Made by a program: the position numbers and the translations under genes. DNA of 64,000 bases, taken from contig OY781089.1 in NCBI GenBank assembly GCA_963676565.1, forward strand, positions 96,001-160,000. Direction: 5' to 3'. Below the pieces are notes generated by a model. The model had not been told where the DNA came from and made no database searches. It saw nothing but the letters and a program-made list of their open reading frames with translations. Each line of letters opens with the position of its first letter. Positions within the stretch are counted from its first letter, which is position 1. The stretch comes from Halarcobacter sp. GTDB lineage: Bacteria; Campylobacterota; Campylobacteria; Campylobacterales; Arcobacteraceae. Shown in pieces: positions 26,779 through 36,388 of this stretch.

Positions 26779-28419
26779 TTATTGTATAGGTATTATTATT
26801 GTAAACAAGGCACCAACAAATTTTTCACCTTCGTATTCATATTCAATATTTTTTGCTGATATATAACCTTTTAGTTGTTTTACAATAATTTGATGAGTCA
26901 TATATAAACCTATTCCTGTTCCTTGTGATTGATGTTTAGTAGTAAAATAAGGATCAAATATTTTTTCAATATTAGAAGAAGAGATTCCTCCACCATTATC
27001 CTTTATACTCAAAATTACATTAGAATCATCCTTTTTTATAGATACAAATATTAATCTTTTCCCCTCATTTTCTTTTAATACATCAAGGGCATTATTATAA
27101 ATATTTATCAAAGCTTGTATTAGTAAATTTTTATTCCCAAGAATAAATAGCTCTTTTTCAATATCATAATGAACTTGAACAAAATTGATTTTAAAAGAGT
27201 CTTTTGTTAAATCATTTACTTTATTTATTGCATCATTTATTTCAAACTCAGATACCTCAGACATATCTTCACTAAAAAATCCTCTAAAATCTTCAATTGT
27301 TTTTGATAAGAATTGTGTTTGAGAATTAATCTTTTCAAGTGTTTCTATAGTCTCTTCCTTTGACATATTCATTTCCATCTCTAGTTGAACTTTTAATCCT
27401 GTTGAAGCAGTTGAAATTGCAGACAAAGGTTGTCTCCATTGGTGAGCAATATTACCAATCATCTCACCAATAGCAGAAGTTCTTGCTTGCTGTAAAATCA
27501 TTTTTTCCTGTTGTTTTAATACAGAAACATCTGAAAAAATACCAATGTAATTAATAGCTGTACCATCATTGTTTTTAATAGTATTTATACTTAAGTATTC
27601 TTCATATAATTCACCATTTTTCTTTTTGTTTGTTATCTCACCATGCCATGAGCCAGTATTTTTTAATTCTTTCCACATCTGTTTATAAAAATCAGTATCT
27701 TTTGTATTTGATTTTAAAATAGAAGGATTTTTGCCAACAACCTCTTCATAGTTATAACCTGTAGTCTCACAAAAAGAGTTATTTACATCAATAATCTCAT
27801 TATTTGAGTTAGTAATCATAATACCTTCATTAGTATTTTCATAAACAGCTAAAGCCTGCTGCATCTTAAATTCAGTCTCTTTTCTAAGTGTAATGTCAGT
27901 ATGTGTACCTATAAGTCTATTAGGTTTTCCATTTTCATTTTTTTGAACAACAATACCTCTATCATGAACCCATTTATAAGAACCATCTTTACATTTCACA
28001 CGATGTTCATTGGAATAAATATCTGTTTCACCATTCATATGAGAACTTATATCTTCATAAACTTTCTCTAAATCATCTGGATGAACTCTTTTTTTCCACT
28101 CTTCAAGTGAGCCTTTAATCTCATCTTCTTTAAATCCAAACATCTCTTTCCATGCCTTGGAAAAATAAACTTCATTTGTATCAACATTCCAATCCCAAAG
28201 TCCATCACCTCTTCCATCAACAGCAAATTTCCATCTGAATTCACTCTCTTCAAGTTGTTTTTTTTGTTTATTTAATTGGGCTGTTCTTTTTTTTAATTCA
28301 CTTTCTAACTCTTCATTATAGTGTTCTAGAATTGCATTATTTCTAATAACTAGTTTTTCATACCTAAAAGCTAGATATGCAAATAAAAATGAAACTAGAG
28401 TAATAAGAAAATATACCAT
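26779..28419 (-). CDS. PAS-PAS sensor histidine kinase (probably the C-terminal part of a split CHASE kinase)
   Basis: One N-terminal TM segment, two PAS/PAC domains, AHQWRQPL and GTGIGL. Confidence 0.82.
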   Translation of the reverse strand: MVYFLITLVSFLFAYLAFRYEKLVIRNNAILEHYNEELESELKKRTAQLNKQKKQLEESEFRWKFAVDGRGDGLWDWNVDTNEVYFSKAWKEMFGFKEDEIKGSLEEWKKRVHPDDLEKVYEDISSHMNGETDIYSNEHRVKCKDGSYKWVHDRGIVVQKNENGKPNRLIGTHTDITLRKETEFKMQQALAVYENTNEGIMITNSNNEIIDVNNSFCETTGYNYEEVVGKNPSILKSNTKDTDFYKQMWKELKNTGSWHGEITNKKKNGELYEEYLSINTIKNNDGTAINYIGIFSDVSVLKQQEKMILQQARTSAIGEMIGNIAHQWRQPLSAISTASTGLKVQLEMEMNMSKEETIETLEKINSQTQFLSKTIEDFRGFFSEDMSEVSEFEINDAINKVNDLTKDSFKINFVQVHYDIEKELFILGNKNLLIQALINIYNNALDVLKENEGKRLIFVSIKKDDSNVILSIKDNGGGISSSNIEKIFDPYFTTKHQSQGTGIGLYMTHQIIVKQLKGYISAKNIEYEYEGEKFVGALFTIIIPIQ

Positions 28420-28420
28420 G

Positions 28421-29170
28421 TCAAAAACTTCTTATTTTTTTTTCTAAGAGAAAAACCCATTTTCCATTAGGTACATCAATATCAAACTCTAAAGGATCTT
28501 TTCCTGTAAAATTATCACTTTTACTAAATATCGGTCTTTTCTTAACATCTGGATTAAAGCCTTCAAGCTTATACTCAAAGCCATTATCTTTAATCTTTTT
28601 TTCTAATGATTTCATAATATTCTCAACATATATAATTACAATAGAAAATCCCCAAAATTTTTCTTTATTATTAATCTCTTTAAAAACTGGTTTTCTAGCA
28701 ATTAGTGCATATTTATCATTTTGTATTAATTTAATTGGTCCTACAAAGGTTATATCTCTATTCTTAATAGCTAAAAGTGCTCCATCATCTCTTCTTTTAT
28801 CTTTTAAAAGATCATGACCCATAGCTATTTTATGCTCTTCATAGGGGTAAATATTTGTTACAATACCATCTTTTGCTAACTGCAAACATGCAATTGAATC
28901 TTTCCCTTTTATTATTTCAAATGCCCATTTATCAAAATCTTTAGTATTGTAATTATTTTGTTTAAGTAAAAGTACTTGTGAGTCTATTGCTGTTACACCT
29001 TGAGATATCTTTGCTTGAATTTCATTTACAACACTTAACATCAATAAATTTGCTTTGTTAGATATCTCTTTATCCTCTTTTTCTTTATAAAACATATAAA
29101 AACTAAGTAGGGTAAAAAACACAACAAAAAAAGTTATAATAAAAGTTACTATTGGCTTATTAATTTTCAT
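28421..29170 (-). CDS. CHASE-domain periplasmic sensor fragment
   Basis: TM segment, then QLAKDGIV..YP, GHDLL, GPIKLIQ, ARKPVF and FWGF. Ends just before the expected second TM segment. Confidence 0.75.
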   Translation of the reverse strand: MKINKPIVTFIITFFVVFFTLLSFYMFYKEKEDKEISNKANLLMLSVVNEIQAKISQGVTAIDSQVLLLKQNNYNTKDFDKWAFEIIKGKDSIACLQLAKDGIVTNIYPYEEHKIAMGHDLLKDKRRDDGALLAIKNRDITFVGPIKLIQNDKYALIARKPVFKEINNKEKFWGFSIVIIYVENIMKSLEKKIKDNGFEYKLEGFNPDVKKRPIFSKSDNFTGKDPLEFDIDVPNGKWVFLLEKKIRSF

Positions 29171-29256
29171 TTCTAAAACTCATTATCTGCTTAAATTAAC
29201 ATCATATTAACATGATTATATAATTATTTTAGATAAAAGCCCTTGATTATTTCTGA

Positions 29257-29607
29257 TTATTTAAAATTAAATAATTTTTTTAATTCATTTTTATATGAAG
29301 ATGAAATGTAATAATTGATTTGAAGCCCTTCCCTTTTTGAAATAAAAATACCAGCGTCTTTTAATTTTCTTAAGTGTTGAGAAACAGGAGATTGTTTCAT
29401 GTTTATCATATCACTTATATCACATACACAAAGTTTTTCATGTTTTAAAAGAAGATAAACAATTTTTAATCTAACTTCACTTCCTAAAAGGGAAAATATC
29501 TTTGCTTCTTTTATAAAAAACTCATCTAAAGCGGATAACTCTTTTCTTTCTTTTTCAATTAATTCTTCATTAATCTCGTATCTTAAACAGGTAGTATCGT
29601 TTTTCAA
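29257..29607 (-). CDS. ArsR/SmtB-family metalloregulator
   Basis: RLKIVYLL..LCVCDI...QSPVSQHLRKLK..REG..YY. Confidence 0.9.
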   Translation of the reverse strand: MKNDTTCLRYEINEELIEKERKELSALDEFFIKEAKIFSLLGSEVRLKIVYLLLKHEKLCVCDISDMINMKQSPVSQHLRKLKDAGIFISKREGLQINYYISSSYKNELKKLFNFK

Positions 29608-29622
29608 AATATTCCTTATGTT

Positions 29623-30795
29623 TTATTTATTTTGACTAAAATTAACCTTTTTTGTCAAGTTTTGTTTAGCAAGATTTGGATTAAGTGGATTTATATTGTT
29701 ATCTTGATTAACTTTAAAACTTGGTGTCTTATCTGTATTACTTTTATCAGCTGATTTTTTATTTATTCTTTCTTTAAATAGATGATAAATAATTAATGCA
29801 ATCATAATAAATGATGAAATCCAATTTACTATAGATATGTGTTCATGATCAGTCACAAGAGTTAAAATACTTAATTCTTTAAAAAATGTATCATAGATAA
29901 ATCCAAAAAATAAAGCTAAAACTGCAATAACTAATAAATAAACTATTAAAGCCCCTCGTCCTAACATCTTATAAACTACACTCATTGTTACCATACTTGT
30001 AGCAGGACCAGCAGTTAAAAATATAAATACAGCACCAGGTGACATACCCTGCATCATAAATGCAGCTGCAAAAGGCAAAGAAGCAGTGGCACAAGTATAT
30101 AAAGGCATTGCAAAAAGCATAATTACTATGTAAGTTAAAAATTGGTTCTCAAATAGCATTTGTGTATACTCTTTTGGAACAACAGATATAAAAAGAGCCC
30201 CTAATATAAGTCCTATAATAAGAGCTTTTGCCATATCTTTAAATAACGTAATATAAGCATATTTAAACACTGCATTAAATGAAAACTTTTTTGATTCTTT
30301 ATTTGAACTACAACAACTAGAAGATGATGAGAAACAAGATGTTTCTAAATTATCTTGCACAAATTTTTTTTCTTCTTTTTTTTCTTTAAAAATAAAATTT
30401 TGAACTAAACCTACACTAATTGCTATTATTACTGAAGAGACAACTCTAAAAGCAGTAAAGACAAAACCAAATAATGAATAGGTAGCCAAAATAGAATCAA
30501 CACCTGTAATTGGAGTTGAGATTAAAAAACTTTGAACTGCTCCTTTACTAGCACCCTCTTTTTTAAGACCTTGGGCTATTGGTATAACAGAACAAGAACA
30601 AACTGGCAAAGGAATGCCAAATAAAGTAGCTTTTATAACTGACCCCGTAGAATCTTCCCCTAAATGTTTACTAACAAAATCATCTGAAATAAATTGTTTT
30701 AACACACCTGCTGCAAATAAACCAACAATTATATATATTGACATTGCATTTAACAAATTTAAAAAGTTTTGAAAAAAGTTTAATATAATTTCCAT
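29623..30795 (-). CDS. SO_0444/ArsP-type (DUF318) metal efflux permease
   Basis: GIPLPVCSCSVIP, STPITGVDS and YTCATAS motifs with a Cys/Ser-rich loop. Start approximate. Confidence 0.82.
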   Translation of the reverse strand: MEIILNFFQNFLNLLNAMSIYIIVGLFAAGVLKQFISDDFVSKHLGEDSTGSVIKATLFGIPLPVCSCSVIPIAQGLKKEGASKGAVQSFLISTPITGVDSILATYSLFGFVFTAFRVVSSVIIAISVGLVQNFIFKEKKEEKKFVQDNLETSCFSSSSSCCSSNKESKKFSFNAVFKYAYITLFKDMAKALIIGLILGALFISVVPKEYTQMLFENQFLTYIVIMLFAMPLYTCATASLPFAAAFMMQGMSPGAVFIFLTAGPATSMVTMSVVYKMLGRGALIVYLLVIAVLALFFGFIYDTFFKELSILTLVTDHEHISIVNWISSFIMIALIIYHLFKERINKKSADKSNTDKTPSFKVNQDNNINPLNPNLAKQNLTKKVNFSQNK

Positions 30796-30807
30796 CATCA
30801 ACTCCAA

Positions 30808-30835
30808 TAGTATATTAGAATATACTAATATACTA
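30808..30835. promoter_or_regulatory. Probable ArsR/SmtB operator
   Basis: Perfect inverted repeat TAGTATATTAG-N6-CTAATATACTA directly upstream of the permease-ArsR operon. Confidence 0.65.
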
Positions 30836-30924
30836 CAATTAGCTTAATTAAAAATAAGTTATTCACTCTTTTAAAATAAATTTGACTTAATTTAGATAAA
30901 ATCTAAAAAAACTAAAGGTAAGGA

Positions 30925-31125
30925 ATGAATTTAATAGTTAATGGTGAAGAAAAACAGTTCGAAGAAAATTCAACACTTCAAACAATAATAACAAATCTAA
31001 AAATAGAAGACAAAGTTATGGCAGCAGCCGTGAACATGGAAATAGTTAAAAAAGATGAATGGAATACTTATATAGTTAAAGAGGATGATAAACTAGAGTT
31101 ATTACAGTTTGTTGGTGGCGGTTGA
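30925..31125 (+). CDS. thiS: Sulfur carrier protein ThiS
   Basis: 66 aa ending ELLQFVGGG. Confidence 0.9.
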   Translation: MNLIVNGEEKQFEENSTLQTIITNLKIEDKVMAAAVNMEIVKKDEWNTYIVKEDDKLELLQFVGGG

Positions 31126-31153
31126 TTAAATAAATTTAAAGTAGGGAGAGAAG

Positions 31154-33232
31154 ATGATTGCTGATATAAATTCAGTTTGTACTTATTGTGGTGTAGGCTG
31201 TGACATTACAGGTCAAGTACAAGATAATAAAATATTAAAAATTTATGCACAAAATGATGGATATGTTAGTCAAGGAAAACTATGTATTAAAGGTGCGAAG
31301 GGTTTTGATTTCGTTCATAGTGAACAAAGGATAAGAAACACAAGGGTTAAAAAATCTTTTATTGAAAAAAACCTTGAAGAATTACCAAGGGAGTTAAAAG
31401 CAAGGGCTAAAACCTTAAAGGAATTTGATGATGAGTACTTTGAAACTCCCTATGAGTTTACAACTTCACTTGCCGCTTGGAAACTTAGTGAAATAAAAGA
31501 AAAATATGGAAGACATAGTTTTTGTGGAATGGGAGGGGCTAGAACTTCATGTGAAAGCTCTTATATGTTCCAAAAGTTTGTAAGAGAAGGTATGGACTCA
31601 CCGCATATTGATTGTTGTGCAAGAGTTTGTCATAGTCCAAGTTTAAAAGGGATGAAACCCCTTATTGGTGAAGGGGCTGCTACAAATCCGTTTGATGATA
31701 TTTATAAAACAGAAAATATAATTATTATGGGCTCAAATACAACTGAAGCCCATCCAATTGTTTCAAATAGAATTATTAAAGCGTCTAAAGCGAAAACAGC
31801 TGACGTTACAGTTATTGATGTAAGAAATATTCAAATTGGAAAATATGGTAAAGAATTAGTAATTCCTTATGAAGCAAATCTACTAGTATTAAATATGATG
31901 GCCTATGTAATTTTATCTGAAAAACTATATAACAATGAATTTATTGATTCAAGATGTGAAGGTTTTGAAGAGTATAAAGAATCTATTTTAAATGACCCAT
32001 ATGCAAATCCAGAATATATGAGAAATATAAAAGGTTATGAGGAATTAGCTGATCAAATCCCTGAAGTAGCAAGACAATATGCTAGTAAAAAATCTATGTT
32101 TTTCTGGGGACTAGGAATAACTGAGCATCTTGATGGAAGTTTTGCAGTTATGGCAATTGTTCATTTAGCACTTTTAACAGGAAATATTGGAAAAGAGGGA
32201 ACGGGTCTTATGCCATTAAGAGGACAAAACAATGTTCAAGGGGCATGTGATACAGGATGTTTACCATATTTTGACCCAGATTATGCAACTCCAAAAGAGA
32301 TTGGACTTATGACTCCAGAACTTATTGATGAGATGTTAAAAGACAATATCAAAGCGATGTATGTAATGGGTGAAGATATTGCCCATATCCATCCAAATCA
32401 AAATAAGATTCACAAAGCATTGGAGCATTTAGAGTTAATTATTTCAAATGAACTATTTATGAATGAGATCTCTAAAAAAGCAGATATTGTATTTGGTGTC
32501 AAATCTGCCTATGAAAAAACAGGTGTTTATGTAAATGCAATGAGAAGACTTCATTTATCTCAACCTTTAGTTGAAACAGATTTACCCGATGATTGGGAAG
32601 TATTAAGGGATATTGAAAATAAGATAAATGGTGAATTTATATACGAAACTAGTGAAGATGTTTGGAATGAAACTAAAGAGAAAGTTTATTCTAGATTTCA
32701 TGGAGCAACATACCATAAACTATCAAAAAATAGAAATAGAGGTATGCAGTGGCCAATTACAAAAGAGGATACTCCAATTTTACATCTTGAACAGTTTAGA
32801 ACTGAAAGTGGAAAAGGATATTTTCAATACCACCAATACAAATTAAGAGAACAAATTGAGAAGCTTGTAAAAGATATACCATTTGAAAAAAATGAGTTTT
32901 ATCTAACAACAGGGAGAACAATAGTTCACTACAACAATTCAGCTCAAACAAGACATAGTGATGCTCTAAATTCAAGATATGACAAAGATGTAGTTTTAGC
33001 CTCAAAAGAGGATTTTGAAAGAATTGGAAGTGATCAAATCATAATGAAAACCCAATATGGTGAAACTGCAATTTTACCAGTTAAATACACAAATAAAATA
33101 AAACCTGGAACACTTTTTACAACCTTCCATCACCCAGAATCAAAAGTTAATTTTATCTTTGGAGATGAAGCTGATGAACTTATACTAACTGCTAGATTTA
33201 AATCTCTACGAGTAGAAGTTGAGCCGGCATAA
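31154..33232 (+). CDS. Cytoplasmic FdhF-like molybdopterin oxidoreductase (Cys-ligated)
   Basis: CTYCGVGC..LCIKG 4Fe-4S motif, ARVCHSPS, PLRGQNNVQGACD and LTTGR. No Tat signal. Confidence 0.82.
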   Translation: MIADINSVCTYCGVGCDITGQVQDNKILKIYAQNDGYVSQGKLCIKGAKGFDFVHSEQRIRNTRVKKSFIEKNLEELPRELKARAKTLKEFDDEYFETPYEFTTSLAAWKLSEIKEKYGRHSFCGMGGARTSCESSYMFQKFVREGMDSPHIDCCARVCHSPSLKGMKPLIGEGAATNPFDDIYKTENIIIMGSNTTEAHPIVSNRIIKASKAKTADVTVIDVRNIQIGKYGKELVIPYEANLLVLNMMAYVILSEKLYNNEFIDSRCEGFEEYKESILNDPYANPEYMRNIKGYEELADQIPEVARQYASKKSMFFWGLGITEHLDGSFAVMAIVHLALLTGNIGKEGTGLMPLRGQNNVQGACDTGCLPYFDPDYATPKEIGLMTPELIDEMLKDNIKAMYVMGEDIAHIHPNQNKIHKALEHLELIISNELFMNEISKKADIVFGVKSAYEKTGVYVNAMRRLHLSQPLVETDLPDDWEVLRDIENKINGEFIYETSEDVWNETKEKVYSRFHGATYHKLSKNRNRGMQWPITKEDTPILHLEQFRTESGKGYFQYHQYKLREQIEKLVKDIPFEKNEFYLTTGRTIVHYNNSAQTRHSDALNSRYDKDVVLASKEDFERIGSDQIIMKTQYGETAILPVKYTNKIKPGTLFTTFHHPESKVNFIFGDEADELILTARFKSLRVEVEPA

Positions 33233-33551
33233 GGGTAATATTGCTGAAGAAAAAGCTTGCGATTACTTAAAATCGCAAGGCTTTAATATCATTGAACAAA
33301 ACTTCTATGCTAAAAAACTAGGCGAAATAGATATCATTTGTAAAAAAGAAAAGGTATATCATTTTGTTGAAGTAAAATCAGCAGATGATTATGAAATTGC
33401 TATCAACAATGTTACACTTTCTAAACTTTCAAAATTAAAAAGAAGTGTTGATTATTATTTACAAAAAAACTCTTTAGATACTGATTTTTGTATTGATGTT
33501 ATTATTGTAGTTGAAGATAAAATAGAAATTTTAGAGAATATTACATTTTAA
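33219..33551 (+). CDS. YraN (UPF0102) family endonuclease-like protein
   Basis: GNIAEEKA..YL, GEIDII and FVEVK motifs. Confidence 0.88.
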   Translation: MSRHKGNIAEEKACDYLKSQGFNIIEQNFYAKKLGEIDIICKKEKVYHFVEVKSADDYEIAINNVTLSKLSKLKRSVDYYLQKNSLDTDFCIDVIIVVEDKIEILENITF

Positions 33552-33579
33552 AGCAATGGCATATATTTTGCCATTGCTT
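33551..33579. terminator. Bidirectional terminator hairpin
   Basis: AAGCAATGGC-N9-GCCATTGCTT between convergent genes. Confidence 0.7.
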
Positions 33580-33586
33580 ATATTGA

Positions 33587-35851
33587 TTATAGGTTTTTCC
33601 CATCAAAATTGTTTTTATTAACACCTTCAACAACATCTTTAGAAATGTTTTGCGTTTTAAGTGCAATAGAATTTGTTTGTTCTGCAATTGATGCATTTTC
33701 TTGAGTAAATTTATCTAACATTCCAACGGCATCAGCTATTTGTTGAATTCCTAAACTTTGCTCTTTAGCCGCTGTAGCAACATCATTAATTAATTCACTT
33801 GTTTCAATAACTTTATTTTCTAAGCTTGTGAAACCTTCTATCATATTTGCACTTATAGTTTTACCACTATTTGCTTTTTGAGTTGCTGTTTCAACTAACT
33901 CTTTAATATCTTTTGCAACCTCAGCTGATCTTGCAGCTAGATTTCTAACCTCTTGTGCAACAACAGCAAAACCTTTTCCAGCTTCTCCAGCAGTTGCTGC
34001 TTCAACAGCTGCATTAAGTGAAAGAATATTTGTCTGGAAAGCAATTTGATCAATCATAGTAATCGCTTCATTAATAGTTAATACAGTTTCATTTATATCA
34101 TCCATTGAACTTGCTGTATCACTTGCAAGTTTTTTACCATCATTAGCTGAAACCCTTGTATCTTCTGATAAAGAGTTCATTTGTTGTGCTTTAATATTTG
34201 TTTGTTCAATATTACTAGTAATCTCATCAATAGAAGCCGCAGTTTCCTCAAGTGAAGCTGCTTGTCTTGTAGCATTATTACTAATTGTGTATACACTTTG
34301 AGATAGATTATCTGCACTTTCTTTTAATGAAGCTCCATCTTTTTGACTATCTTGAAGCATTTTAGTAATCATCTCATTCATATGCATAATTTCACTACCA
34401 ATTTTCCCAGAAGTTGAATCAAGTTTAACAGTAAAGTCTCTATTTGAATAACTCTCTAAAGCTTTAATAATCTTATTAATATCTTTTCCAACTTGAGTTT
34501 CTAATTGATCAAGCATATGATTTAAAATCTCTTTTAATTCATTTAAAGAATCTATTGATGTTTTTTTATTTACTCTTTTATCAAACTTACCGTCTGATAT
34601 TGTTTGAGCTATATCTTTTACATCTTCAATTAACTCCATATCTTCTTGTGTTGAGATTTTTATTTTCTCTACATTTTCGTTAATTGAGTGTGCCATAACA
34701 CCAAACTCACATGTTGTATTTATATCAATCTCTTTTGTTGTTGATTTCTTTGTATTTAAATACTCAAAGAAACTTTCAAGTCCTGAAGTGATTTTTAGTA
34801 AATAAGTATTTAGTTTTTTTACAGAAATAAGAATAATTAGTCCAATAACTAATAAACTTAATATTGAAGAGATAATTGAAACATTTCTAATGAAATTTGC
34901 ATTTGCTAAATACTCTTCTTCTGGTGCTGAAATTACAAAACTCCAGTTAGTATCTGTATATTTTAAACCAAAGGCATAAGAGTAGTAAATTGAGTTTTGC
35001 CCTGTAGTGAATGACTTTTTAAAGAAAAAGTGATCTTCACCTTTTTTACTATTTTCAAGTAATGATACATAATCTGAATCATTTTTAACAACATCTAATA
35101 TTTTCTTATTCTGAAGATCTTTTTCAATATGACCAACAAGAATCCCATTACTATCTAGAATAAATCCATAACCATTATCATAAAGTTTTATAGAAGAGAT
35201 AAGTTTTGATAACCCATTTAAAAGTAGATCAACTCCAGCTGAACCTATAAATTCACCATCTTTATACATAGGGATACAAATAGAAACAAGAAATTCATCA
35301 ACCCCATCAATTTTCCAAAGATATGGTGCAGTTATAAAAGGTTTTCCTGCATCTTTTGGTCCTTTTATCCAACTCTTTGATTCATCATAGACTGATGGCT
35401 TTGTAAAAACTAATTTACCCTTTGATTTTAATATATATGGATGGAATATTCCATCATTATCATAACTAGTTGAACCATCACTATTATCACCTTTTGGTGT
35501 TAACTTCTCTCCATATTTAGGACTATACCAAATACTATTTATTGCCACATTTCTATTTAATATTGATTTTTCCCATGCTATCATCTCTTTTTCATCAATC
35601 ATAGCACCATTTACAGCAGCTGCTTCTATTCTTGTAGCAAAAGACTGTGCAACTTCTAATGCTATATTTAACTCTTCTTGAACAGCTGTACCATGTTTTT
35701 GGGCAAATGTTTTTATGTAAGATTCTGCATCACTTTGTGCTGCTTCATAAGAAAACTTCACTATTATTACTGAAGCTAAACCAAATACAATAAAAACAGT
35801 TCCAAGGATATTAAATAGTAATTTTTTACCAAAACTTGATTTTTTTTTCAT
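33587..35851 (-). CDS. Methyl-accepting chemotaxis protein with dCache sensor
   Basis: Two TM segments, Cache (ITAPY..GSAGVD) and signalling hairpin [30 protein letters not shown]. Confidence 0.94.
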   Translation of the reverse strand: MKKKSSFGKKLLFNILGTVFIVFGLASVIIVKFSYEAAQSDAESYIKTFAQKHGTAVQEELNIALEVAQSFATRIEAAAVNGAMIDEKEMIAWEKSILNRNVAINSIWYSPKYGEKLTPKGDNSDGSTSYDNDGIFHPYILKSKGKLVFTKPSVYDESKSWIKGPKDAGKPFITAPYLWKIDGVDEFLVSICIPMYKDGEFIGSAGVDLLLNGLSKLISSIKLYDNGYGFILDSNGILVGHIEKDLQNKKILDVVKNDSDYVSLLENSKKGEDHFFFKKSFTTGQNSIYYSYAFGLKYTDTNWSFVISAPEEEYLANANFIRNVSIISSILSLLVIGLIILISVKKLNTYLLKITSGLESFFEYLNTKKSTTKEIDINTTCEFGVMAHSINENVEKIKISTQEDMELIEDVKDIAQTISDGKFDKRVNKKTSIDSLNELKEILNHMLDQLETQVGKDINKIIKALESYSNRDFTVKLDSTSGKIGSEIMHMNEMITKMLQDSQKDGASLKESADNLSQSVYTISNNATRQAASLEETAASIDEITSNIEQTNIKAQQMNSLSEDTRVSANDGKKLASDTASSMDDINETVLTINEAITMIDQIAFQTNILSLNAAVEAATAGEAGKGFAVVAQEVRNLAARSAEVAKDIKELVETATQKANSGKTISANMIEGFTSLENKVIETSELINDVATAAKEQSLGIQQIADAVGMLDKFTQENASIAEQTNSIALKTQNISKDVVEGVNKNNFDGKNL

Positions 35852-36022
35852 GCAAATTTCCTTAACTTATATATGGCTAAAATTATACCATAAAATAAAT
35901 AATTTTTAAAACTTATTTATTATTTCTTTAAATAAAGGTTTATTTTAAATTTGAACACTAATTTTTAATAAAATAATAAAAAAATCTGCTCTTTTATATA
36001 TTTTCAAATTTATCTTTAATCT

Positions 36023-36388
36023 CTAAAGATGTGTATTAATTCTTGATAATACTTCCTTTACCCTAAATGGCTTAGTTATATAATCTACTCCTCCTACTTC
36101 ATAGGCTTTTTCAATTGATTCTTCATCTGTATTTGCAGTTATAAAAATCACAGGGATATTTTTTGTTTTTTCATCGTTTTTTAGTTTTTCACAAACTTCA
36201 AAACCATTAAGCTTTGGCATTAAAATATCTAAAAGAATTAGATCAACCCTTTCTTCTTTTAAAAGCTCCATCCCTTCTTCTCCATCAAGTGATGCTAAAA
36301 TATCATATTTGTCATCAAGTAAATCCATTAATGTATTTACATTTACTTCATTATCATCTATTATTAGAATTGTTTTCAACTCATTCAT
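36023..36388 (-). CDS. Stand-alone receiver-domain response regulator
   Basis: IIDD, LLDILMP, FITA and DYITKPF motifs; ends RINTHL. Confidence 0.85.
   Translation of the reverse strand: MNELKTILIIDDNEVNVNTLMDLLDDKYDILASLDGEEGMELLKEERVDLILLDILMPKLNGFEVCEKLKNDEKTKNIPVIFITANTDEESIEKAYEVGGVDYITKPFRVKEVLSRINTHL

Noticed and set aside
31154..33232. Selenocysteine formate dehydrogenase
   Set aside because: The ORF is uninterrupted and the metal-ligand position is Cys (ARVCH); there is no in-frame TGA.
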